From a bacterium HR21 (GTDB taxonomy: Bacteria; Bacteroidota; Ignavibacteria; Kapaibacteriales; HRBIN21), in contig BEHX01000001.1 in assembly GCA_002898295.1 (NCBI GenBank), forward strand, positions 115,790-179,789: a DNA stretch of 64,000 bases. Reading direction: 5' to 3'. Below the pieces are notes generated by a model. It saw only the letters and a program-made list of their open reading frames with translations. It had not been told where the DNA came from and searched no databases. Below are positions 49,320 through 58,078 of this stretch, one piece after another (the first letter of the stretch is position 1; the number at the start of each line of letters is the position of its first letter). The translations under genes were made by a program, and so were the position numbers.

Positions 49320-49645
49320 GTGCGGAGCTGCTGCACGAGCTGCCCTCCGTGCGCCGTCAGCGGCGGCGCTTGACCCGCTGGAGCCTGCTCGGGATTGTGG
49401 TCGGCAGTGCACTCATGCTGGTAGGCTACGTGTACAACGTCATTGCCATTGAGGAACGCATTCGGCAGATCGCCAGACTCCAGCGGGCATGCGATTCTCT
49501 GGAGGCGCTCGTTGCGTATCGCCGCCAACAGCTGGCGCAGCTCGAGGCGCCCGAGCGGATTATCCCAGCAGCGCACCGCTTGGGCTTGGAGCTGCCGGCG
49601 CGCCCCCCGCAGGTGCTCTCTTCTCCAGAGGCAGGTTCCCCGTAG
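49316..49645 (+). CDS. FtsB/FtsL-like septum formation protein (single TM helix plus coiled coil)
   Basis: TM helix followed by a coiled coil and a C-terminal ERIIPAAHRLGLELP motif (FtsB/FtsL/DivIC signature). The start overlaps the metG stop (ATGA). Confidence 0.5.
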   Translation: MSAELLHELPSVRRQRRRLTRWSLLGIVVGSALMLVGYVYNVIAIEERIRQIARLQRACDSLEALVAYRRQQLAQLEAPERIIPAAHRLGLELPARPPQVLSSPEAGSP

Positions 49646-49655
49646 CCTTGCTGCA

Positions 49656-50849
49656 ATGCGACCGGAGGTCCAACGCTGGTTTGCCGAGCAAGCGTACTCT
49701 CCTGAGCGCTACGCGCGCTTCCGTACAGCGTTGGAAGAGGCAGTAGGCTGCCGGATTGAGTTCCGCGTCTGTGAAGCACCCATTTTCGTCGCACATCCGT
49801 TCCGGGAGCAGTTAGAGAGGGCAGCACGGGAAATCACGCTCCAGTGCGCAACGGCACACTACCGGGCACTCTCCGAGGCAGCCATTCCGGGGCCGTACCG
49901 TGTACCCAATGAACCGGACCGCCCACTCTTCGCGGTGGTCGACTTCGCCGTCGTCGAGGAAGCGCCAGGAAAGTGGGGGCTGCGCTTAGTGGAGCTCCAG
50001 GGCTTCCCCTCGCTTTTCGGCTACCAGTACTTCTACGCTCGCCTTGCTCGGGAAATCTACATGTTGGGAGAGCAGTGGAGCTATACCTTCAGCGGGCTTT
50101 CCGACCAGCAGTACTGGGACATCCTGCGCCGGGCGATTCTGGCAGAGTATGCCCCAGAAGAGGTAGTGCTCCTCGACTACCGACCGGAGCAGCAGAAGAC
50201 GCGTCCGGATTTCACGGCGCTGGAGCGGCAGTTGGGGATCGACGCGGTAGACATCTGCAGCCTCCGCAAGGAAGGGCGTCGCCTGTTGCGCCGGCGCAAG
50301 GGAAGGTGGATACCGGTCCGGCGCATTTTCAACCGAGTCATTGTGGACGAACTCGAAGAGCACCGTGTCCAGCTGCCCTTCTGCTGGACCGAAGAGCTGG
50401 AGGTAGAATGGGCAGGACATCCGAACTGGTACTTCCGCATGAGCAAGTTTGCTCTGCCTTACCTGCGTCATTCTACCGTCCCCCGAGCTTATCGGCTCTC
50501 GGAGGTGGAGGAGCTCCCGCCGGGGGAAGTGCGTCGCTTCGTTCTCAAGCCGCTCTTTTCGTTTGCAGGCAAGGGCATCGTCCTGGAGCCAACGGAAGAA
50601 GACCTGCGGGCAATTCCGCCGCAGAGGCGGCACCTCTACGTGCTCCAGGAGCGCATCACCTATGCACCGTGTGTGTATACCCCTGCGGGGATGAACGCGG
50701 TGGAGTTGCGTGTCATGTTGGTCTGGCTGCCCGAATGGGAGGAACCGCTGCCGGTTATGTCGCTGGCGCGGACCGGGCGGGCTGCGATGATGGGCGTACG
50801 CTACAACGACATGCCCTGGGCGGGCTCGTCGGGCTGCCTGTTTGGCTGA
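49656..50849 (+). CDS. hypothetical protein, possibly a circularly permuted ATP-grasp family member
   Basis: 398 aa with no N-terminal signal. A KPLFSFAGKGI segment and GMNAVELRVM resemble glutathionylspermidine-synthase-like/CP-ATP-grasp cores. Family assignment is weak. Confidence 0.35.
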   Translation: MRPEVQRWFAEQAYSPERYARFRTALEEAVGCRIEFRVCEAPIFVAHPFREQLERAAREITLQCATAHYRALSEAAIPGPYRVPNEPDRPLFAVVDFAVVEEAPGKWGLRLVELQGFPSLFGYQYFYARLAREIYMLGEQWSYTFSGLSDQQYWDILRRAILAEYAPEEVVLLDYRPEQQKTRPDFTALERQLGIDAVDICSLRKEGRRLLRRRKGRWIPVRRIFNRVIVDELEEHRVQLPFCWTEELEVEWAGHPNWYFRMSKFALPYLRHSTVPRAYRLSEVEELPPGEVRRFVLKPLFSFAGKGIVLEPTEEDLRAIPPQRRHLYVLQERITYAPCVYTPAGMNAVELRVMLVWLPEWEEPLPVMSLARTGRAAMMGVRYNDMPWAGSSGCLFG

Positions 50850-50919
50850 GGGCAACTCTGGAAAGGCTCGTAAATTCGCGTGCCTACGCTTTCTGTCCCA
50901 TTGCCCGTTGTGTAGTGCA

Positions 50920-51681
50920 ATGGCTGGTCATAGCAAGTGGGCAAATATCCGCCATCGGAAAGCCGTTGTTGATGCCCGCCGGGGCAAGCTCTTTACGCGG
51001 CTTGCGCGGGAGATTACCATTGCTGCTCGGCTCGGAGGAGGCGACCCAGAGGCAAACCCGCGACTGCGCATCGCGATTGAAAATGCCCGTGCTGCCAACA
51101 TGCCTATGGAGAACATCCGCCGTGCCATCATGCGCGGCACGGGCGAACTCCAAGGTGAAGGCGGGCAGCTGGAGGAGATTCTCTACGAGGGCTACGGTCC
51201 CTTCGGGGTTGCCCTCATCATCGAGGTCGCAACGGACAACCGCAATCGGGCAGTTTCCCAACTGCGGGCGACGCTGAGCCGCTTGGGCGGGAGCCTCGGA
51301 GAGAGTGGCTCTGTGCTGTGGAACTTCGAGCGCAAGGGAGTGCTCTACGTGGAAGGGGAAGACCTGACTGAGGAAGCGATGCTGGAACACGCTCTGGAAG
51401 CCGGTGCAGATGACGTCGTCCGGGGCGATGGGAATTACATCGTCTACTGTGCTGCCGCACAGCTGGCTTCCTGCCAGAGAGTGCTCCAGGAGCGGGGACT
51501 GTACGTCAAGGAAGCCAAGCTGGAGTGGATTCCCAAGAGCACCGTTCGGATCGAAAGCCGTGACCAAGCCGAGCGCTTGCTGAAGTTCCTCGAAACGCTC
51601 GAAGAGCTGGACGACGTGCAGAACGTGTACTCCAACTTTGAGATGGACGACGCCCTCATGGAGGAGCTCCAGCATGCCTGA
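50920..51681 (+). CDS. yebC: YebC/PmpR family DNA-binding transcriptional regulator
   Basis: MAGHSKWANIRHRK N-terminus, which is diagnostic of the family. Confidence 0.9.
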   Translation: MAGHSKWANIRHRKAVVDARRGKLFTRLAREITIAARLGGGDPEANPRLRIAIENARAANMPMENIRRAIMRGTGELQGEGGQLEEILYEGYGPFGVALIIEVATDNRNRAVSQLRATLSRLGGSLGESGSVLWNFERKGVLYVEGEDLTEEAMLEHALEAGADDVVRGDGNYIVYCAAAQLASCQRVLQERGLYVKEAKLEWIPKSTVRIESRDQAERLLKFLETLEELDDVQNVYSNFEMDDALMEELQHA

Positions 51682-52240
51682 GGGGCTCCGTATCATCGGG
51701 GTTGATCCGGGGAGCATCCGCTGTGGGTATGGCGTCATTGAGCTGCGGGCGACGGAGCTTCGGGTGGTTGACTACGGTGTCATTGAGGTGCGGCGTCGCG
51801 CAGAGGCAGTGGGTGCGCGTCTCCACTTCATCTTCACCCACCTGCAGGCGATTCTGGCACGGACAGTCCCCCAGGAGGCAGCAATCGAGAGCCTCTTCTA
51901 CGCCCGCAATGCGCAATCGCTGGCAAAGCTCGCGCAAGCCCGCGGCGTTGCCGTGCTGGCATTGGCCTGTGCTGGGCTTCCCATCGCGGAGTACGCCCCG
52001 CGGCGGATCAAGCAGGCAGTGGTTGGGCATGGCAACGCTACCAAGGAACAAGTTCGTTACATGGTGCGGGCTCTCCTAGGGCTGGAGGAAACACCGCGGC
52101 TTTACGATGCCACGGACGCCCTAGCGGTTGCCCTCTGTCACAGTTTCCGCCGTGTGCAGCCCGCGACGTTGGGTGCTCCGCGCACGTGGAAGGAGTTCAT
52201 CGAGCGCTTCCCTGAGCGGGTTGTGTCTGCAGCGCCGTAA
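51674..52240 (+). CDS. ruvC: crossover junction endodeoxyribonuclease RuvC
   Basis: IIGVDPGS catalytic Asp motif. The conserved yebC-ruvC pair overlaps by 8 nt. Confidence 0.9.
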   Translation: MPEGLRIIGVDPGSIRCGYGVIELRATELRVVDYGVIEVRRRAEAVGARLHFIFTHLQAILARTVPQEAAIESLFYARNAQSLAKLAQARGVAVLALACAGLPIAEYAPRRIKQAVVGHGNATKEQVRYMVRALLGLEETPRLYDATDALAVALCHSFRRVQPATLGAPRTWKEFIERFPERVVSAAP

Positions 52241-53087
52241 TCACCAGCGGTTCTCCGGCAACGAAGCCTTTCGCCGTTGGCTGCAGCCGCGCAGCTTGCA
52301 CGAAGGCATCGTGTTCAAAGCAGAGGATCCAGCCTTCCTCGTACGCCTGCGGGAGGATGCGCTTTTTCTCCTCCAGCGTGGTCAAGGGGAAGTTGTCGTA
52401 CGCCATGATGTATGGGTATGGCACGTGTGCTGCTGTGGGGCACAAGTCGGCGCAATACAGCAGGCTCTGCCCCGCATCGTGGACAAGCACCAGCTGCATT
52501 GCCCGGGTATGTCCATGCACCACCAGCAGGCGGATGCCGGGGAAGAGTTCGCCTTCACCGTCGAGCAGTTCCAGAACTCCGGCAGAGGCGAGCGGCTCGA
52601 AATCCTCAGCGCGGAAGGAAGCACGGTCTTTCTCCGTCGGCTGCCGTGCCCAGCGCAGATGGTCCTGCTGCACGTAGTAGCGTGCCTGAGGGAAGGTGGG
52701 GATGAGCTCGCCGCGGGCATCGACGCGGGTGCTGCCACCGGCATGGTCGAAGTGGAGGTGGGTGAGGATAACGGCGGTAATGTCCTCTGGACGGAGCCCG
52801 AGCTGCTGCAGCGAGCTTTCAAGGGAGAAACACGAGGTATCCAGGGCGTATATCTGCCGCTCTTTCTCCGACATCTTCGTGCCATTGCCAGTGTCTACCA
52901 AAACGGCATTCTCGTCCCAGCGAATCAAGAGAGCTCGGGCAGCCATGGGGATCCGGTTTGCAGCGTCGGCAGCGTGGTATGCCCGCTCCCAGAGCGGCTT
53001 GGGGACAACCCCGAACATTGCCCCACCGTCCAGCCCGAAGCGCCCGGTTTCGACCACGTCGAGGCAGAAGCGTCCAATGCGCAGCAT
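52197..53087 (-). CDS. MBL-fold metallo-hydrolase
   Basis: HxHxDH motif (LTHLHFDHAGG). Confidence 0.75.
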   Translation of the reverse strand: MLRIGRFCLDVVETGRFGLDGGAMFGVVPKPLWERAYHAADAANRIPMAARALLIRWDENAVLVDTGNGTKMSEKERQIYALDTSCFSLESSLQQLGLRPEDITAVILTHLHFDHAGGSTRVDARGELIPTFPQARYYVQQDHLRWARQPTEKDRASFRAEDFEPLASAGVLELLDGEGELFPGIRLLVVHGHTRAMQLVLVHDAGQSLLYCADLCPTAAHVPYPYIMAYDNFPLTTLEEKKRILPQAYEEGWILCFEHDAFVQAARLQPTAKGFVAGEPLVITALQTQPAQGSAR

Positions 53088-53095
53088 GAGACACC

Positions 53096-53920
53096 TCACT
53101 CTTCGAGCACAAACGTCGGCTCAGGATAGTAGCGCATCCGGTGGTGGCGTAGACGTTCGTGCCACCACTGCTGGAGCCACTGTGTCTTCTCCTCCATCGA
53201 GGTCGGGGAGAGGAGCTCTGCCAATGGGATATTGACCTGGAGCAGACGCCCTGCGATGATATGGCGGGTAATCCCCGCCGGGAGCCTCTCGCCACTGAGC
53301 GCCAGTTGCCGGATTTCCAAGGGGGTAAACGATGGGAAAACGACCAGAACTCCCGGCAGCTGAGCTGCCTGGTGCCGGAGCAGCGCTATCTCTTCCTCAC
53401 TGACTCGCTGGAAGGTTCCGGTGCTGGCATAGGCATGGACGAGGCGGCGCAGGGAGGATGCCACGGAGAGTCCTTCCGGGGGTTGCAGCGCGAGCATCTG
53501 TTCGCCGTCCATGGTTGCTGCCGCAACGAAAGCACGGTTGGCAAGGGCATGCCGTGCCTGGGCAGCAGAACACCGATGGGGACGAAACCCAAGCCGGCGG
53601 ATGTGCTCTTCGAATTCCTCGAGCTCCCACTGCGGGAGGAAGTGGGACCATGTCCGCAGCTCAACTCCTGCCCCGGGATAGTCTACAAGCTGGGCAACGA
53701 TAGCAGAACAGCCCAAGCGCTGCAGTGCAGTCACCCGCGTTGCCCCATCCAGGAGGACAAACCGCCCATGTTCCAGCGGTGCTGCAATCGGAGGATTCCG
53801 GAGCAGCCCGCTCTGCATGAGCTGGGCGCGGAGCCGTTCCACCCGCTCGGCTCCTACCTCTTCGTGGAAGAGCACTTCCTCGAGTGCAAGTAGCTGCAGT
53901 CGGGGAAACTCCGCATGCAT
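53096..53920 (-). CDS. ParB-like nuclease (ParB/Srx N-terminal) domain protein
   Basis: FVLLDGATRVTALQRLG matches the ParB N-terminal domain DGxxR motif. Start at MHAEF. There is no HTH partition-type C-terminus. Confidence 0.5.
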   Translation of the reverse strand: MHAEFPRLQLLALEEVLFHEEVGAERVERLRAQLMQSGLLRNPPIAAPLEHGRFVLLDGATRVTALQRLGCSAIVAQLVDYPGAGVELRTWSHFLPQWELEEFEEHIRRLGFRPHRCSAAQARHALANRAFVAAATMDGEQMLALQPPEGLSVASSLRRLVHAYASTGTFQRVSEEEIALLRHQAAQLPGVLVVFPSFTPLEIRQLALSGERLPAGITRHIIAGRLLQVNIPLAELLSPTSMEEKTQWLQQWWHERLRHHRMRYYPEPTFVLEE

Positions 53921-54081
53921 ACGGTACCGCGGTTCATGTCCGGCGGCTGCTGACGGATGAGAGCAAAATTTGGTGACTGCTCCACGGCTGCTGGCAACGC
54001 GCTGCTTGAGACTCCTAGGGCTGAGGAGCTTCGTAAGTTTGTATACATGTTGAGGCTCGTTCAACCCTTCGAGAGCGACGC

Positions 54082-56256
54082 ATGGGGGTGATTTCGCGAA
54101 TGCGGGAGGTTTCGCCGTACCTCCTTGCCCTGTTCGCGCTTGTCTTCATTGGCTTTATGGTCGCAACCGATGCTGATATCCAGCGGGTACTCCACTTGGG
54201 TGAGAACCCGGCAACGGCGGTGATCGGGGTGGTCAACGGGGAGAAGATCCGGTATGCCGAGTTCAACGAGCGCGTGCAGCAGCAAGTCGAGCAACAGCGG
54301 AAGAGCGCCGGCGGCGACATCGAGATTGACGAAGCGGGCATTCGGCAGAGCATCTGGGACATGATGGTGGAGGAAATCCTGCTGCGCCAGGCAGCCGAGA
54401 AGGCTGCTTTCCCCGTGACCCGTGAGGAGCTGCTCGACGTTTTGCTGGACAATCCCCCGGACTACCTGCGGCAACCCTTCACGGATTCAGCCGGGGTCTT
54501 CCATCGGGAGCGCTACATTGAGCTCATTACGCAGCCGGAACGCCTTGCTGATTACGTTGACCCGAATTCCGGCGTTGATCCCGTGGAGGTTGTCGAACGG
54601 TGGAAACGGGACCTGGTGCGCATTGAGGACTTCTTGCGGCAGAACCGCACGCGGGAGCACCTGCGCTCGCTGGTCAACGCCGTCGGGAGCATTGTCTCCC
54701 CGAGCTACGTGCGGCGCCAGTACGTGGTGGAAAACAGCTCCGCGGAGGTGCACTACGTTGTCTACTCGATCGATCGCATTCGCGATCGCGAGATCACGAT
54801 CAGCGACGCGGAGATCGAAGCCTACTACCGGCAGCACCGGGACGCTTTCCGGCAGAAGAAGCCGGCACGGAAGCTCAAATACGTCATCTTCCCGCTGGAG
54901 CCGACCTCCCAAGATTCAGCAAACTTCCGCAAGCGGCTGGCGCGCATTCGGCAGGAGCTGGAGCAGACCCCGCCGGAGCGCCGAGACTCGCTTTTCAGCC
55001 TCCTGCTGTCCGAATACCAAGGGCGCAGCTACGGACTGAGTTCCCTGGCAGCGATCGAGCCGCAGAAAGCACAGTACTTGGCTTCTCAGCCAGTCGGCGC
55101 TGTCCTCGGTCCGGTAGAGCTTGCAGGAAAGACCTACTTCTTCCGTGTGGATCAGCGCCAGCCCGGGGATACGCTGCTGGTTCACGCTAGCCACATCCTC
55201 ATCGGCTTTGGCGGCAATAAAGACAGTGCTCGGGCGCAAGCGCAGGAAATTGCCCGCAGAGCTCGCAGTGGAGAGAATTTCGCCGAGCTTGCCCGGCTCT
55301 ATTCACAGGACCGCGCAACAGCAGAACGAGGCGGTGATTTGGGGTGGTTTCCCCGTGGACGCATGGTCAAACCCTTTGAAGAAGCAGCCTTCGCTGCCCA
55401 ACCAGGCAGCATCGTCGGACCCGTGGAAAGCCCCTTCGGCTTCCACATCATTGCTGTCCACGCCAAGAGCGCAGACCGGATTGCCTATAGCGAAATTGAA
55501 CTCAGTGTCACCCTCGGGACAGCGGGACGGAACCAGATTTTCCGCGAAGCCTATAGCTTCAAGCAGCAGGTCGAGAAGGGCACACCCTTCGACACGCTGG
55601 CACGACGCCTGAAGAAGAACCCGGTCGAGACCGCTTTCTTCGAGGAGACTACCCCTGTGCTGGGCTCGCGCACGTTGACCCAGTTCGCTTTCTCTCATCC
55701 CATCGGCACGGTCTCCGACCCCATCGAACTGAAGCCCTACGGTGTTGTCGTTGCTCAAGTGATCGATGAGCGCAAACCGGGCTACAAACCGTTGGAGGAT
55801 GTTCGCTCCGAGATTGTAGAGAAGCTCCGCCGGAGCAAAAAGCTCGATCTGCTCCGGGCACATGTCGACAGCGTCTATGAGCGCCTCAAGGGTGCTGATA
55901 TCCTCGCGCGCATCGTCGAGATTGACTCCAGTGTCCAGGTGCAGACCGCGACGATGGTCAAGGACAATGGCTTCCTGCAGGGCTATGGACAAGACCCCAT
56001 CGTGACGGCGATGATCTACCGCGTGCCGGTCGGAGTGATTGCCCCGCCTGTCCGCGGAGAGCGAGCGTACTTCCTGCTTCAGGTAACCAAGCGCGAAGTC
56101 GCTGACCCGAAGACGATGGACTCCACGCGGTTTGTCGAGCTGTATCGCCGCCTCTACAATACGGCGAAAGCCTCGGCGTACTACTACTGGTACACGGCTC
56201 TCCGGGACCGTTCCGATATTGAGGACCGGCGGGTCAAGTTCTACCGCGAGTTCTAA
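54082..56256 (+). CDS. periplasmic PpiD/SurA-like peptidyl-prolyl isomerase (parvulin domain) with N-terminal membrane anchor
   Basis: N-terminal TM anchor. Parvulin core (ASHILIGFGGN...GGDLGWFPRGRMVKPFEEAAF...GFHII). An alternative start is at 54100. Confidence 0.75.
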   Translation: MGVISRMREVSPYLLALFALVFIGFMVATDADIQRVLHLGENPATAVIGVVNGEKIRYAEFNERVQQQVEQQRKSAGGDIEIDEAGIRQSIWDMMVEEILLRQAAEKAAFPVTREELLDVLLDNPPDYLRQPFTDSAGVFHRERYIELITQPERLADYVDPNSGVDPVEVVERWKRDLVRIEDFLRQNRTREHLRSLVNAVGSIVSPSYVRRQYVVENSSAEVHYVVYSIDRIRDREITISDAEIEAYYRQHRDAFRQKKPARKLKYVIFPLEPTSQDSANFRKRLARIRQELEQTPPERRDSLFSLLLSEYQGRSYGLSSLAAIEPQKAQYLASQPVGAVLGPVELAGKTYFFRVDQRQPGDTLLVHASHILIGFGGNKDSARAQAQEIARRARSGENFAELARLYSQDRATAERGGDLGWFPRGRMVKPFEEAAFAAQPGSIVGPVESPFGFHIIAVHAKSADRIAYSEIELSVTLGTAGRNQIFREAYSFKQQVEKGTPFDTLARRLKKNPVETAFFEETTPVLGSRTLTQFAFSHPIGTVSDPIELKPYGVVVAQVIDERKPGYKPLEDVRSEIVEKLRRSKKLDLLRAHVDSVYERLKGADILARIVEIDSSVQVQTATMVKDNGFLQGYGQDPIVTAMIYRVPVGVIAPPVRGERAYFLLQVTKREVADPKTMDSTRFVELYRRLYNTAKASAYYYWYTALRDRSDIEDRRVKFYREF

Positions 56257-56257
56257 A

Positions 56258-56331
56258 GCGCCCGTAGCTCAGCTGGATAGAGCATCGGCCTTCTAAGCCG
56301 AGGGTCGCAGGTTCGAATCCTGCCGGGCGCG
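56258..56331 (+). tRNA. tRNA-Arg (anticodon TCT)
   Basis: Hand-folded cloverleaf: acceptor GCGCCCG/CGGGCGC, D arm GCTC/GAGC, anticodon stem TCGGC/GCCGA with loop CTTCTAA, and T arm GCAGG-TTCGAAT-CCTGC. It starts 1 nt after the ppiD stop. CCA is not encoded. Confidence 0.8.
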
Positions 56332-56334
56332 CGC

Positions 56335-57966
56335 ATGATTGCCCACCGGGAAACGCTCCAACGGCTTTTGGGAGAACTCAGCCCGAGGGTGTGTGCGGCT
56401 TCCCTCGTGGCTCTGCGGCGTCGTGGTCAGTATGAACTGTTCCTGTGGTTCGCATCCCCAGCAGCCCCGACGGTCATTGTGGAGGCGCACTTCCGTGCGG
56501 GGTTGAGCACAGTCTTTTGCCGCCCCTCCACGTGGAAAGAGCCCGAGCGAACTGTCCCATGGGCAGAGGAGCTCTGGGGCAAGCGCCTTGTCCACCTGGA
56601 GCTTCACCCGACAGAGCGGCAGCTCCGCTGGGTGCTGGAGACAGGACAGGAGCTGCTCTTTTTCCTCTACGGTACGGCTCAGAGCGGCGTGTTGCTCCGT
56701 GAAAGGGATGGGCAGATCCGGGCATCGCTCGGGGCACCGAGAGCCGTACTGGAAAAGCTCGCCGACGCTCCCCCACGCCGACTCCCTGGCTGGGAGGAAT
56801 ATCCTGCCGAGACGCCGCTTGTCCGTGCGCTGGCGCAGGATCGGCATCAGCTCGGGAGCTTCTACGCGCACGAGCTCTGCCAGCGCTGCGGTATTGCGCC
56901 GGATACGCCGCTGGGACAGCTCTCCGAGCACGAGCGAGAGCGCCTCCGGCAGATGCTGTCGGAGTTCTGCCGGGAGTTGACCGAAAGTTCCTCCGCCTTT
57001 CTCTTCCGGCGTCCGGAGGGACCTCCCCTGGTGTCACTGCTCCCCTTGCGAGGGTACTCAGAGCCGATTGCGGTCTTCTGCAGCATCTCCGATGCCGTTG
57101 CAGAGCGGGTCCGACAAACTCTCCTGTGGGAAGAATTCCGCCGGGAGCGTCTCCAGCTCCAGCAGCGCTTAGAACGCCATGCGCGGCAGCTGGCGCGTTG
57201 GCGCCAGGAAGCGGAGCAGTGCCTGCACCATGCCCCGGTGAGTGAGCGCGAGCGCCTCTGGGGGAACCTCCTGCTCATGCAACCCGGGCTCCACGAGCGG
57301 GGCAGGAGCGAAATCGTCCTTCCCGATTGGGAAGGCAATCCCCAGCGGATTCCGCTCGACCCGGCGAAGAGCTTGCGCGAGAATGCAGAAGCCTATTTCC
57401 AGCGAGCACGTCGTCGAGACGAAGCCGGCAGAAGGGCACGCCACAATCTGCCGCTTCTGCAGGAGCGGGAACACTTCGTCCACGAATTGCTTGCCCAGCT
57501 CCAGCAGGTAACCACACGGCGGCAGCTGCGGGAAATTGCCCAACGGCTCCAGGAGCTCTTCCCTCCGCGGGAGATGACGACCCGGACAGGAGAACGTCTC
57601 CGGGTCTTCCACCTGGCAGCTGGCTTCGTGCTCTATCTCGGCACAGATGCTCGCAGTAACGAGGCGCTGACCTTCCGCTTTGCCCGCCCCCACGATGTCT
57701 TCCTGCACGTCCGTGGTACCTCCGGAGCACATGGCATCCTGCGGGGACCGCGGAAAGGAGAACTTCCCCCGATGCCAATTCTGGAGCAGGCAGCGGCAGT
57801 GGTTGCCTACTACTCTCGGGCGCGCTCTGCCTCCCTGGTGCCAGTGCTCTACACCTGGCGGAAGTATGTGCGCAAGCTCAAAGGAACTCTGGGAGCAGTG
57901 CGGTTGGAACGGGAACAGCTCGTATGGGTCCGACCCCTGCCACCGACAGCCTCGGAGAGCCCGTAA
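56335..57966 (+). CDS. RqcH/NFACT-family protein (FbpA-like; ribosome quality-control homolog)
   Basis: NFACT-R/DUF814 motif (LHVRGTSGAHGIL). NFACT-N-like N-terminus and a central coiled coil. The ATG lies 3 nt after the tRNA 3' end. Confidence 0.6.
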   Translation: MIAHRETLQRLLGELSPRVCAASLVALRRRGQYELFLWFASPAAPTVIVEAHFRAGLSTVFCRPSTWKEPERTVPWAEELWGKRLVHLELHPTERQLRWVLETGQELLFFLYGTAQSGVLLRERDGQIRASLGAPRAVLEKLADAPPRRLPGWEEYPAETPLVRALAQDRHQLGSFYAHELCQRCGIAPDTPLGQLSEHERERLRQMLSEFCRELTESSSAFLFRRPEGPPLVSLLPLRGYSEPIAVFCSISDAVAERVRQTLLWEEFRRERLQLQQRLERHARQLARWRQEAEQCLHHAPVSERERLWGNLLLMQPGLHERGRSEIVLPDWEGNPQRIPLDPAKSLRENAEAYFQRARRRDEAGRRARHNLPLLQEREHFVHELLAQLQQVTTRRQLREIAQRLQELFPPREMTTRTGERLRVFHLAAGFVLYLGTDARSNEALTFRFARPHDVFLHVRGTSGAHGILRGPRKGELPPMPILEQAAAVVAYYSRARSASLVPVLYTWRKYVRKLKGTLGAVRLEREQLVWVRPLPPTASESP

Positions 57967-57981
57967 TTTTGCCTCAGCACC

Positions 57982-58055
57982 GCGCCCGTAGCTCAAGTGG
58001 AGAGAGCACCAGACTTCGGATCTGGGGGTTGCGGGTTCGAGTCCTGCCGGGCGCG
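57982..58055 (+). tRNA. tRNA-Arg (anticodon TCG)
   Basis: Cloverleaf with the same acceptor stem (GCGCCCG/CGGGCGC), anticodon stem CCAGA/TCTGG with loop CTTCGGA, and T arm GCGGG-TTCGAGT-CCTGC. CCA is not encoded. Confidence 0.75.
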
Positions 58056-58078
58056 CAGGCGAAAAAGAGGGGAAAGGG

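Noticed and set aside
56258-58055. The two tRNA-Arg direct repeats as attachment sites of an integrated mobile element
   Set aside because: There is no integrase, recombinase or phage gene between or near them. The intervening gene is a conserved NFACT protein. GC content and codon usage are uniform with the flanks.
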